A stretch of 52,856 nt of DNA from a virus (lineage: Duplodnaviria > Caudoviricetes), in the IMG/VR virus record IMGVR_UViG_3300028399_000002, positions 1-52,856 of that record. One strand, written 5' to 3'. Numbering within the stretch: position 1 is the first letter of the stretch; the number at the start of each line of letters is the position of its first letter. Positions 26,449 through 34,189 of this stretch are shown in pieces. Below the pieces are notes generated by a model, which was not told the DNA's origin, ran no database searches, and was given only the letters and a program-made list of their open reading frames with translations. The position numbers and the translations under genes are program-made.

Positions 26449-26602
26449 TGGTGGCGATCCGCTGGCCAATCCCTATAGCTAACAACCTGTACAGCCAAAA
26501 GTTGTTGCTCCTCCCTTCTCATCCCGACTTATATCTACTGTGGCGGAGAGTAGATACTTACGGGTTCTTCCTGTACCTCGGAAGGTAGGAACCAGCCAGC
26601 TT
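26449..26602 (-). ncRNA. Structured RNA element B
   Basis: 15-bp closing stem GCTGGCTGGTTCCTA/TAGGGATTGGCCAGC with 4 G-U pairs, several internal hairpins, and a 3' tail ending CGCCACCA. Confidence 0.65.
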
Positions 26603-26708
26603 TCCTTCCTTTGCATCCACACAAACGGGCAGCACTAATGTTTGTGTGCTCTTGGTACGTGTCTCTCCCCTCTCAACGCTGCCAGTTGAGCTGCCGTGAA
26701 ATCTTAAA

Positions 26709-26857
26709 TGGCTGGCCGGTCGCTACTCCGGCTCTACTGGACCCCTTCTTTCCAGCGTCCTCCTTTGGGAATTTGGGTGATCAGATCCATATCCCTCCGG
26801 CTATCCGTCCAGCACTGACCCCCGCTGTGTGTCTGCTTTCCACACCGCAGCCAGCTT
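26709..26857 (-). ncRNA. Structured RNA element A, tRNA-like arms
   Basis: Closing stem, D-arm-like GTGT-GGAAAGCAG-ACAC, internal TGCTGGAC/GTCCAGTA, T-arm-like GCCGG-AGTAGCGA-CCGGC, 3' CAGCCA. Confidence 0.65.
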
Positions 26858-27035
26858 CACGCCTTTTAAAAGCTTTGCAATCATCTTCTAACGGTTTTGG
26901 TTCCCTATAATCTCCGCAGCACGAACAATATTCACCAATTACAATACCAGGTTTCTTCTTGCACGAGAAAGTTCTCGATCCATCTCCCCAACACTTTTCC
27001 AATAGAAATGTACAACCAAAACATGTTTCAGCCAT
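26781..27035 (-). CDS. Small Cys-rich protein whose 3' end overlaps RNA element A
   Basis: RBS AGGAGGAG; CFGC...C...C...CSCC...C. Confidence 0.65.
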   Translation of the reverse strand: MAETCFGCTFLLEKCWGDGSRTFSCKKKPGIVIGEYCSCCGDYREPKPLEDDCKAFKRREAGCGVESRHTAGVSAGRIAGGIWI

Positions 27036-27060
27036 TTCATTCTCCTCCTAAAACTCTTCA

Positions 27061-27142
27061 CGGCGGGCCGGTCGCTACTCTGGCTTTTTCCTAATATGCA
27101 CAGGTATCCGACCTAACGCTAATCCCATAATCCACGCCGCTA
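27061..27142 (-). ncRNA. Structured RNA element D, divergent copy of element A
   Basis: AGCCAGAGTAGCGACCGGCC matches element A at 19/20; the 5' GCGGCGTGGA resembles GCGGTGTGGA. Confidence 0.5.
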
Positions 27143-27145
27143 CTA

Positions 27146-27457
27146 TTATCTCCTTTTCCTTGTCGGCCTCCTTTTCCTGCCAGAGCTTCTGGATGATGAA
27201 CTCTTTGAAGACGGTTTTCTACTCGAAGACCTTCTACTTGAAGACTTCCTTCCAAAAGGCTCATCATCATCATTATCCAGATTTATACAGAGATTAAAAT
27301 CCGGATGACGATCATCCTCTTTGTAGTTGTTCTCGAATGCGCTTATATAAGACTCTTCGAGAACTTGGTTCAATTCAAGAACTTTCTCCATATCAAGTTT
27401 TATCGAGAAAGAGCCATCATCTCTTTCCCACATAGCTCCTATTCTTTCCCAGCTCAT
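27146..27457 (-). CDS. Small SSB-like (DUF736-type) protein with an Arg/Ser-rich tail
   Basis: IGAMW...FENNYKEDDRHPDF pattern of small OB-fold phage proteins. Confidence 0.6.
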   Translation of the reverse strand: MSWERIGAMWERDDGSFSIKLDMEKVLELNQVLEESYISAFENNYKEDDRHPDFNLCINLDNDDDEPFGRKSSSRRSSSRKPSSKSSSSRSSGRKRRPTRKRR

Positions 27458-27684
27458 CTTCTCCTCCTGAATACTATAATCTGCTGCTCTGCACTATCTA
27501 AGCCTATTACAGCTTCATACAGGTTATTTACCCATAAAGCCTTTCCTGAGAAATTTCCTCCTACACGCCTCTCGAAAACCAACTCGCCATTACAATCTTC
27601 TAAAGTCACAGGTGTTGAAATTTCAACAATTTCATCCTCATAAATTACATCATCTTCTCTTTTTGTCAACTTTAACTTAGTCAT
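27454..27684 (-). CDS. Hypothetical protein
   Basis: RBS GAGGAGG; overlaps neighbours. Confidence 0.65.
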   Translation of the reverse strand: MTKLKLTKREDDVIYEDEIVEISTPVTLEDCNGELVFERRVGGNFSGKALWVNNLYEAVIGLDSAEQQIIVFRRRR

Positions 27685-28027
27685 CTATATCCTCCTCATC
27701 CTCCATGTCCAAGAGATCGTTGAACGTTTCGTTCTTGAGGTCCTCAACATTAAGAACCTTCCTTGCAGCCTTCTCCAGACTATCCATAGCCTCATTCAGA
27801 AGATTCTTAACGTAAGTTTCATAATCTTCATCAGGTTCTATACTCCTGGAGTGAGTATAGTTGACCTTTATAGACTCATAATCTCTTGGCTGAAGAGAAA
27901 AGCCAAGTGTAACACTGTCTCTTGTAGGTTCTACGCTTACCGCGATTTTTTCCTGCTTTTCTTCCTTCTTTTTTGTGGTAGTCCTCTTTCTCCTTGGCTT
28001 CTTTTCTTCACTCTTCTTTCTTGGCAT
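27677..28027 (-). CDS. Hypothetical protein with a basic N-terminus and acidic C-terminus
   Basis: RBS AAGGAGGAG; first gene after the 28115-28143 promoter. Confidence 0.75.
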   Translation of the reverse strand: MPRKKSEEKKPRRKRTTTKKKEEKQEKIAVSVEPTRDSVTLGFSLQPRDYESIKVNYTHSRSIEPDEDYETYVKNLLNEAMDSLEKAARKVLNVEDLKNETFNDLLDMEDEEDIDD

Positions 28028-28114
28028 TTTACTCCTCCTTCAAGTAATTTTTTTTTGGTATTTGTGATACGTAACCATCTTCTCTTTGTCCATGAATTGG
28101 ACTTTATATAATAC

Positions 28115-28143
28115 AGTATACAATGATTCTGAAACTTTGTCAA
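28115..28143 (-). promoter_or_regulatory. Sigma70 promoter driving the SSB-like / structured-RNA / kinase unit
   Basis: TTGACA-17 bp-TATACT. Confidence 0.75.
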
Positions 28144-28196
28144 GTAATTTTATGCGTTGTTTTTCACCAGTAATTTCGGAGTCCCATTTTATTATC

Positions 28197-28532
28197 TTAA
28201 ATTTTCTTTCCCCCATGTCTATAATCTCTTGTTCTGTTATATTTTAGCTTTTCTATAATTACTTTTTCCATATCTATTCCAATATGTTCGGCCCAATCAA
28301 GAATTCTAATTATAACATCAGCAAACTCTATTGGTATTCCTTCAAGTTTATTCGGTATTCGATGATTGGCGTATACATAGTCTTCCGCATGTCCTTTTCT
28401 GTATTCTTCAAAAGCCTCACTTATTTCCGAATGAAACAATGCTACAAGATCTCCAAAAGACCGCGGCTTATCCCACCAACCTTTCTCTTTAGCTATCCTG
28501 TGAGTTTCCTTCTGTAGTTCTGTTATTGTCAT
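28197..28532 (-). CDS. MazG-like NTP pyrophosphohydrolase
   Basis: KGWW, LFHSEISEAFEEYRK, EFADVIIRILD, KLKYNRTRDYRHGGK. Confidence 0.88.
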   Translation of the reverse strand: MTITELQKETHRIAKEKGWWDKPRSFGDLVALFHSEISEAFEEYRKGHAEDYVYANHRIPNKLEGIPIEFADVIIRILDWAEHIGIDMEKVIIEKLKYNRTRDYRHGGKKI

Positions 28533-28629
28533 TTTCCTCCTCCGTAGGATAATGCTTACATCCAGTTACATAGCCCTGCGGTGAATCTATACAGACAGTA
28601 CCGCATATTTCACACACAAAATTACTCAT
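28489..28629 (-). CDS. 46-aa Zn-finger-like peptide (not in the ORF track)
   Basis: ATGA overlap with the polA stop; MSNFVCEICG...GCKH. Confidence 0.55.
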   Translation of the reverse strand: MSNFVCEICGTVCIDSPQGYVTGCKHYPTEEENDNNRTTEGNSQDS

Positions 28630-30872
28630 ATCTCCTCCATTGAGCCCCAATTTTTACCTACTTTGAATGATACAGTAAACGGTATGTCCATCCAATCAAA
28701 TGTCTGAGATTCGAGAATCTCCTTTACCTTACGCATTGTTTTCTTGTAGGAGCGGTTAGGCAACGTCAAAAGAAAACTGTCATGTACTGGAAGGATTACA
28801 GGAGAATTATTTCGCTTCATCTCCGGAACCAATTCATTAGCAGCTTTTAAAAGAATAACCAGAGCACTATTCTGAATAGGATGGTTTCTTGCCTGCCGCG
28901 AATTAGTAACAAATCTTTTCATTCCAGTAGGTGATTCCACCCAACCCTCTTCTGGAAGAGAATCAAGCTTATCCCTCAACCTCCAGTGATGACGCCAGAA
29001 ACGGTCAAGAAACTTATAAGCATCTTTCTTTTCTATACCAGCCCAAAAAGCGAGGAGTCCCGCACCTCCACCATAAGATACGAGATAATTAATTTTCTTG
29101 CCAAGATCACGCTCTTCTTTTGTGACTTTCCTTTTGCCAAGAGCAACTTTAGCTGTTTCTTCATGTGGGTCAAGATCATCATAAAAGACATCAAGAAATG
29201 GTTCATCTTGTGACCAACAAGACATAATTCGCAATTCGATCTGGTCGTAATCTACTTCCAAGAACAAACCTTTATCTTCATGAGGAATAAAAACCTCGCG
29301 AACAAAATTGCGGGGACAGTTCAAGAGATTAGGCTTATTAGACTTAATCCTACCAGTAGTAGTTTCTCCAACCCACAGAGATGTAAAGACAAAATCCTTC
29401 TTCCCTACCCTAACAACATGCTTTTTGAGAGTTTCCAAAAATTTGTCTTTCCAGGATACATACTCAGACCAGCGAATAATCTTTTCAAGTGTAGGGTGAT
29501 GTCTTTTCTTAAGCATTGCTTCAAGTACCTCAGCCTTAGTAGAGGGCTCACCAGAATCAGTATATGCGGCATTAAACTCCAAAGGCTCATAACCAAGAAT
29601 ATCAAATATTAGTATCCGCTTGTGGTTTGCAGAATTCGGGTTAAATTCTTTTTCAGAGAGCCTTTTAAACTTTCTGATATACCTGTCATGTTCTACATCA
29701 AGTTCTTTTATCTTATCTACCAAAGTCTTTTGAGTTCTGTTAATCTGATCCACATTTACCCGTACCCCTTCTATCTCCATAGCAGCAAGGGTTTTGGTTG
29801 AAGGAAGAAGTACCTCAAGATATATTTTCTTTTCTGCTTCAGTTAACTGATCCCACAAGATATTCCGCAAATTGACTGTGTTTTGAGAATCGCGGCAGTT
29901 GTATACTTCAAGCTCCTTTCCTTCCAAAGCCATTTTATCCGAAGGTTTGTAGGGTTTATCTATCCCAAAATATACACAGAGAGACTCAAGGTCAAGACTA
30001 AGCCTTTGATCATAAAGGTAGGCGAGAAGCTTAGTATCATCCACTATATTTGCATCAATACCATTTGCCAGCATCCAAGCCCATTCATACTGAGCATTGT
30101 GGCATACAAGCGGAGTTTTCTCTAATGCTCTCTTGTGCTTTTTTAGATCATAGGAAAAGTAAGACTTTTTCCCATCACTCATCGAGATACAAACAAATTC
30201 TCCATCCGCCGGACGAGGAGCACGTTCATCCTCTTTGAAATGCACATACTCCGCTTTAAACTTTGTTTCAATATCCATCCCGTGAAGTTGTTTTGCAGTA
30301 GGAAGGGCTTTTGATTTAGTATACTTGATTTTTGGCTCTTTCTGAAAGTAGGAATATACTGACATCATTCCACGATCAAACATTCCCTTGGCTGAGACAG
30401 GATTCCGCAATTCGTAAGAAGGATGTATTACCGCAATTATAGGGATATGATAGTCATGAATAACTTTTCCATTAAGCTTCGTTATACCTTTGCCATGTAC
30501 TGTAAAAGAACCTAACAAAGCCTTAAGTGCAACACGGCCTACTGCTACAATCAACTTTGGATCAGTATATTCAATTTCTTCCAAAAGACTTTCATTACAA
30601 CATTTAATAGTTTTTGCATCTGGAGTCCTGTTATACGGCGGATGACAAGCTACTGCATTAGTTATAGATATCCGCAGACCCATCTTCTCAAGTTTCTTAA
30701 CATGCGGCCTGAGCATATCTCCAGAGTTCCCAACGAAAGGACGGTTTTCCAAGACTTCCTCTCTCCCTGGAGCTTCACCAATAAAAAGTATATCAGAATT
30801 TTTGTGGATTTCAGACTCCACGCATTCCTCGTCTTTCAAGGGACAATTATCACAGATACAAAAGTCATTCAT
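28626..30872 (-). CDS. polA: Family A DNA polymerase fused to an N-terminal family-4 uracil-DNA glycosylase domain
   Basis: UDG: CDNC, GEAPG, PFVG, HPSY. Exonuclease: DIET, HN, YNCRD. Polymerase: DYDQIELR, RDLGKKINYLVSYG, VHDS. Start moved to 30872 because a separate ORF occupies 30880-31047. Confidence 0.93.
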   Translation of the reverse strand: MNDFCICDNCPLKDEECVESEIHKNSDILFIGEAPGREEVLENRPFVGNSGDMLRPHVKKLEKMGLRISITNAVACHPPYNRTPDAKTIKCCNESLLEEIEYTDPKLIVAVGRVALKALLGSFTVHGKGITKLNGKVIHDYHIPIIAVIHPSYELRNPVSAKGMFDRGMMSVYSYFQKEPKIKYTKSKALPTAKQLHGMDIETKFKAEYVHFKEDERAPRPADGEFVCISMSDGKKSYFSYDLKKHKRALEKTPLVCHNAQYEWAWMLANGIDANIVDDTKLLAYLYDQRLSLDLESLCVYFGIDKPYKPSDKMALEGKELEVYNCRDSQNTVNLRNILWDQLTEAEKKIYLEVLLPSTKTLAAMEIEGVRVNVDQINRTQKTLVDKIKELDVEHDRYIRKFKRLSEKEFNPNSANHKRILIFDILGYEPLEFNAAYTDSGEPSTKAEVLEAMLKKRHHPTLEKIIRWSEYVSWKDKFLETLKKHVVRVGKKDFVFTSLWVGETTTGRIKSNKPNLLNCPRNFVREVFIPHEDKGLFLEVDYDQIELRIMSCWSQDEPFLDVFYDDLDPHEETAKVALGKRKVTKEERDLGKKINYLVSYGGGAGLLAFWAGIEKKDAYKFLDRFWRHHWRLRDKLDSLPEEGWVESPTGMKRFVTNSRQARNHPIQNSALVILLKAANELVPEMKRNNSPVILPVHDSFLLTLPNRSYKKTMRKVKEILESQTFDWMDIPFTVSFKVGKNWGSMEEI

Positions 30873-30879
30873 ACTAATC

Positions 30880-31047
30880 TCATTGAGTTTCAAGATATTC
30901 TCCATCTTCGATTGAATACCATTCCAAACCTGACCAAAGACAATGCGGGCAATAAACCTCGAAAGTATACTCACCTTTAGTGGGGTAATCTTGTTCTCCA
31001 TATTCAAGATCACAACCACATTCTGGACAACAGCCTTTTCTATTCAT
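30880..31047 (-). CDS. 55-aa Zn-ribbon protein (not in the ORF track)
   Basis: RBS GGAGG; CPEC...CPHC; first gene after the 31071-31099 promoter. Confidence 0.7.
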   Translation of the reverse strand: MNRKGCCPECGCDLEYGEQDYPTKGEYTFEVYCPHCLWSGLEWYSIEDGEYLETQ

Positions 31048-31070
31048 CGCCTCAACCTCCTAATGGTTAC

Positions 31071-31099
31071 AGTATAGCAAAAAGGCTGAGGGAAGTCAA
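31071..31099 (-). promoter_or_regulatory. Sigma70 promoter for the polA operon
   Basis: TTGACT-17 bp-TATACT with an extended TG. Confidence 0.75.
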
Positions 31100-31112
31100 G
31101 TGTACTGTGAAA

Positions 31113-31129
31113 TTGAAAGTCATTTTCAA
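31113..31129. promoter_or_regulatory. Fur-box-like palindrome between divergent promoters
   Basis: TTGAAAGTCATTTTCAA, one mismatch to WTGAAAATNATTTTCAW. Confidence 0.6.
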
Positions 31130-31178
31130 TACGTTAAATTGGTAAGTTAAAAGAAAGTAGGCTGAGGAGGAAGAGTAC

Positions 31179-31207
31179 TTGACATTTTAAAAGCTTTATG
31201 GTATAAT
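31179..31207 (+). promoter_or_regulatory. Sigma70 promoter facing the AT-rich palindromes and the terS-like gene
   Basis: TTGACA-17 bp-TATAAT with an extended TG. Confidence 0.8.
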
Positions 31208-31348
31208 AATATAAATATTTTAATAGTATAATATTTATAATATATATATATATATACTAATATATTTATATTATTACATTATAAATATTATACTATTAAA
31301 ATAATATAAATAGATTTAGTATAAACATATTTATATTAAATCTATTTA
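31202..31348. repeat. Almost pure AT region with nested inverted repeats; candidate replication origin
   Basis: 26-bp perfect inverted repeat 31216-31241/31278-31303, (TA)8 run at 31241-31256, second 19-bp stem at 31307-31348. Confidence 0.6.
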
Positions 31349-31448
31349 GGTTTTAGTTTACCGCAAATTTTGATGTTTGGAAGTTTTTGCGGTTTGAATA
31401 TAGATCGGTGAGGTTAGATGGGTTCCGGAAAATTTGGTAGGAAAAGTG

Positions 31449-31492
31449 ATCGACACTTATTATGCGAAAGAAAAGGCAATCGACACTTATTA
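31449..31492 (+). repeat. Two direct repeats ATCGACACTTATTA at 30-bp spacing
   Basis: Copies at 31449-31462 and 31479-31492; the core ACACTTATTA recurs at 35621-35630. Confidence 0.8.
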
Positions 31493-31598
31493 CAAGGTGT
31501 CCTCGATGTCGGGGATGGTTGAAAATTGCAGGATGGAAAACTAAAAAGCAAATGATTTACCTTCACGATAAACTTCAATGTGTAAATTGTGGTAGGCT

Positions 31599-32108
31599 AT
31601 GGACAAAAGGAAAGAGAAAAAGTTAATACAGGGATTAGCGGCGGGAAAATCACAGAATCAGGTAGCGAAAGAGATTGGCATCTCACAACCTGCTATATCT
31701 AAATATCTCTCCAGACACCCAGAGATACAGGAGAAAATTTTACAGGAGGCTTCCCGCTTAATGGACAGTCTACCGGATATCATAGATCAATTGAAACGCG
31801 ATATTCGACAGTCAAATGAATTGAGTAAACTGTTAGCGGGTGAGATAAAACCTGACGAATATAAGGGTCTACTCATGGAACCTAAACAGTTAATCGCTTT
31901 ACAAAAATTGAATTACTCAAAACAGGCTGATGTATTGCGGGCGTTAGGTATACTCTCCAGCCCTACTCAATCACTCATTGTCCAGCAATACATACAGCAG
32001 AATCAGGTTAATGTTTTGAGTAAACCCGTTCAGGAGATTCTTAGTAAATTTGTTGAAGTTAATTTATTGGGTGATGATGAAGTTATTGATGCTGAAGTCT
32101 CTGAATAG
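31599..32108 (+). CDS. Putative terminase small subunit (N-terminal HTH)
   Basis: SQNQVAKEIGISQPAISKYL HTH, helical middle, QQNQVNVL strand and acidic VIDAEV tail typical of TerS. Confidence 0.6.
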   Translation: MDKRKEKKLIQGLAAGKSQNQVAKEIGISQPAISKYLSRHPEIQEKILQEASRLMDSLPDIIDQLKRDIRQSNELSKLLAGEIKPDEYKGLLMEPKQLIALQKLNYSKQADVLRALGILSSPTQSLIVQQYIQQNQVNVLSKPVQEILSKFVEVNLLGDDEVIDAEVSE

Positions 32109-32113
32109 GAAGG

Positions 32114-32146
32114 AGCCCGGCAGGTGCGCCACGCCTACCGGGCTTT
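32114..32146. terminator. Hairpin between the convergent terS-like gene and the early block
   Basis: AGCCCGG...CCGGGCT followed by TT. Confidence 0.55.
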
Positions 32147-32191
32147 GCGGGGTTTGGGGGAAGGAAGTTAGGGAATGAATCTTAAGTACGC

Positions 32192-32818
32192 TTAGTAAAT
32201 TAGACCAAGCGATTCAACGGCTTTTTTGAATTCCTTCATTAGTTCAGGTAATCTTTTCAGTAAGGCTTTTTTATCTCGTAACTGTTCTAATGTTGCATCT
32301 GGCCATAGTGCGCTTTTCCGTGCAAGTTCTAAATTTGGCCCTTTTGCCATAGGATTAGGGAAAAGCTCAAATTTTGCAAGTTTCCCGTATTTTCTTCTCA
32401 TCTCTTCCACTTCGTGAGGATCACATACTTTGATAAATACTCCTTCTAAGTATAAACAACGTTTACCTATGTCCACAGGTATCTTACTGGCGTGGTAGAG
32501 TGTATTCTCCAAGTAATACAATGGTCCGTCTGTGGTACATCCATGCCACTGGAGAAAAGGTCTTAGCCACGGAATATGTTTTGATATATCATCGTGGATT
32601 GATCCGCATGATATCAACACATATTTGTCATGCTTGTATTCACATAATTTGCCCGTAATGGCAAACGTGTTATGTCCATTACCGCAACGATCGTCGTGGC
32701 GGACTTCAGCAACAATGCGGTATGACTTACCGCCTTGCCTGTAATCCTTCTTGACTTCAAAGTATTGATACTTCAGTCTTTTGGACTCTGGCAATTCTAT
32801 GTTGTATTTCATTATCAT
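32192..32818 (-). CDS. Early hypothetical protein
   Basis: RBS AAGGAGG; DDRCGNGHNTFAITG, GSIHD, WHGC, YYLENTLYH. Confidence 0.75.
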   Translation of the reverse strand: MIMKYNIELPESKRLKYQYFEVKKDYRQGGKSYRIVAEVRHDDRCGNGHNTFAITGKLCEYKHDKYVLISCGSIHDDISKHIPWLRPFLQWHGCTTDGPLYYLENTLYHASKIPVDIGKRCLYLEGVFIKVCDPHEVEEMRRKYGKLAKFELFPNPMAKGPNLELARKSALWPDATLEQLRDKKALLKRLPELMKEFKKAVESLGLIY

Positions 32819-32836
32819 ACCTCCTTTTAATTTCCG

Positions 32837-32947
32837 TTATCTCCGTGTTATAACGTTGAGTAGTTCTGTACCAAGATAAACTATTCCTGCCACGGTAAAG
32901 ATTCCGGAGAGTAGTATCAGTAAAATTTTTCCTAACTCTATCAGCAT
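32837..32947 (-). CDS. 36-aa single-TM peptide (not in the ORF track)
   Basis: RBS AGGAG; MLIELGKILLILLSGIFTVAGIVYLG. Confidence 0.5.
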   Translation of the reverse strand: MLIELGKILLILLSGIFTVAGIVYLGTELLNVITRR

Positions 32948-32955
32948 ATCATCTC

Positions 32956-33366
32956 CTAAATGTTTATGGGTATGTGTTTTTCAAATCTCCACCCAGTCTT
33001 TTTCAGGTAATCCCTTATAGGTTGTAATCTACCTGTAGGATCTCCGGGATCGAGTATATGCCCGTCTTTATAACTTACAGCGTGCCTTGCTCCGGGATAT
33101 TTTCTATCCTTGCGATATAGTATTACTATACCTGTACCCTTTAATTGCGGCAATCTGCCGCGGCGTGGTACAATATCGTATGTTGGAATTCCTTCAATTA
33201 CGTCTGTTCTATGTGGTAAGTATAATTTGAAAAACTGCTTTTGCTGGATTGTATTTAATAGGTAAAAACGGTAGTGTTTCCTCAGTTCCTCAAAGTTGAT
33301 GTTAGGGTCCACTTGCGCAACCGCGGCAAGCAGGCATTCTCTTGATCCCTGTCTTACATGTCTCAT
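32956..33366 (-). CDS. Putative C39-like (papain-fold) peptidase
   Basis: RQGSRECLLAAVA (Q...C), HAV, ILDP: the Cys-His-Asp order of C39-like domains. Confidence 0.6.
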   Translation of the reverse strand: MRHVRQGSRECLLAAVAQVDPNINFEELRKHYRFYLLNTIQQKQFFKLYLPHRTDVIEGIPTYDIVPRRGRLPQLKGTGIVILYRKDRKYPGARHAVSYKDGHILDPGDPTGRLQPIRDYLKKTGWRFEKHIPINI

Positions 33367-33368
33367 CT
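33325..33368. repeat. 44-bp exact direct repeat, copy 1
   Basis: GGCAAGCAGGCATTCTCTTGATCCCTGTCTTACATGTCTCATCT, identical at 34549-34592. Confidence 0.95.
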
Positions 33369-33545
33369 TCTCTTACTCCATATTTGTATGAAACCAAAAC
33401 CAAGGATACGTTTGGTTTTAATTACATAGATATGTTTTGATGTTACTTGTATGTTAATGTGAGTTTTATATATCCAATTGCGCAAACCGCCGCATTCATT
33501 CGGCCAAACGCATTCAATTAAAGTTTCTACCAGTTTATATCTCAT
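33363..33545 (-). CDS. Hypothetical protein (cassette gene 3)
   Basis: ATGA overlaps on both sides. Confidence 0.6.
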   Translation of the reverse strand: MRYKLVETLIECVWPNECGGLRNWIYKTHINIQVTSKHIYVIKTKRILGFGFIQIWSKRR

Positions 33546-34189
33546 TGCTTTTCACTCCGCTTAGTGTAGATTGTTATGTGTCCTTCACTTCCACCTATTG
33601 CTAATCTTTCATAAGCGATTACCACTTGTTTTCCCGCTTTTATAAGGTTTTTAATTCTACTTATTATATGATTCCGGTTATAAGAGTTTACAAAAACGCG
33701 ATCATGTTCTATATATCCGGCTTCCAGACATTCCGTGTTTCCATAGCTAAAGAACATGCCCGGAATACTTCCTTTTTCTAATTCCTGTAGTGGAATTCCG
33801 TTTTCAAGAATTTCGTTTTGATAACATGACAGGCACAGTATACTGTCATCAACTATTCTATAAAGACTATTAAGACTACAGTTTATCCAATATGTTTTTG
33901 AACATTCATCACAGATAAAAACCCTTTCGGAGTATAGGTCTAAACATGAAGTGCTACAAAAATGTAACACTTCTACATCATCACGAAAAGGTGACTTATA
34001 TACTACCAAGATGTAGGATTTTCGCGCTAAACGTTCATAGCAGTTTTCACATTTTATGTTTAGCCGATCTGTTCTATCGTTTAGGTGTGCCGCAATTTTT
34101 GCGGCACGATCCAAATATAGGTTTTCAAAACTTGGTAGAAGTAACCTACCACGTAGAAGTTTTTTCTCTATGTCTTTAGTGTTAAACAT
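33542..34189 (-). CDS. Multi-Zn-finger hypothetical protein (cassette gene 2)
   Basis: CENC, FCSTSC, CDEC, CLSC. Confidence 0.7.
   Translation of the reverse strand: MFNTKDIEKKLLRGRLLLPSFENLYLDRAAKIAAHLNDRTDRLNIKCENCYERLARKSYILVVYKSPFRDDVEVLHFCSTSCLDLYSERVFICDECSKTYWINCSLNSLYRIVDDSILCLSCYQNEILENGIPLQELEKGSIPGMFFSYGNTECLEAGYIEHDRVFVNSYNRNHIISRIKNLIKAGKQVVIAYERLAIGGSEGHITIYTKRSEKQ

Noticed and set aside
26449-26860. Canonical tRNA or tmRNA genes on the minus strand (CCA-like ends)
   Set aside because: No TTCRA T-loop, no anticodon arm and no tmRNA termini; kept only as unclassified structured RNAs.
26155-27142. CRISPR array or retron/DGR
   Set aside because: Repeats are short and unevenly spaced, and no cas or reverse transcriptase gene is present.
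30873-31019. N-terminal extension of PolA given in the ORF track
   Set aside because: The region is better explained by a 55-aa Zn-ribbon ORF with a proper RBS in another frame.
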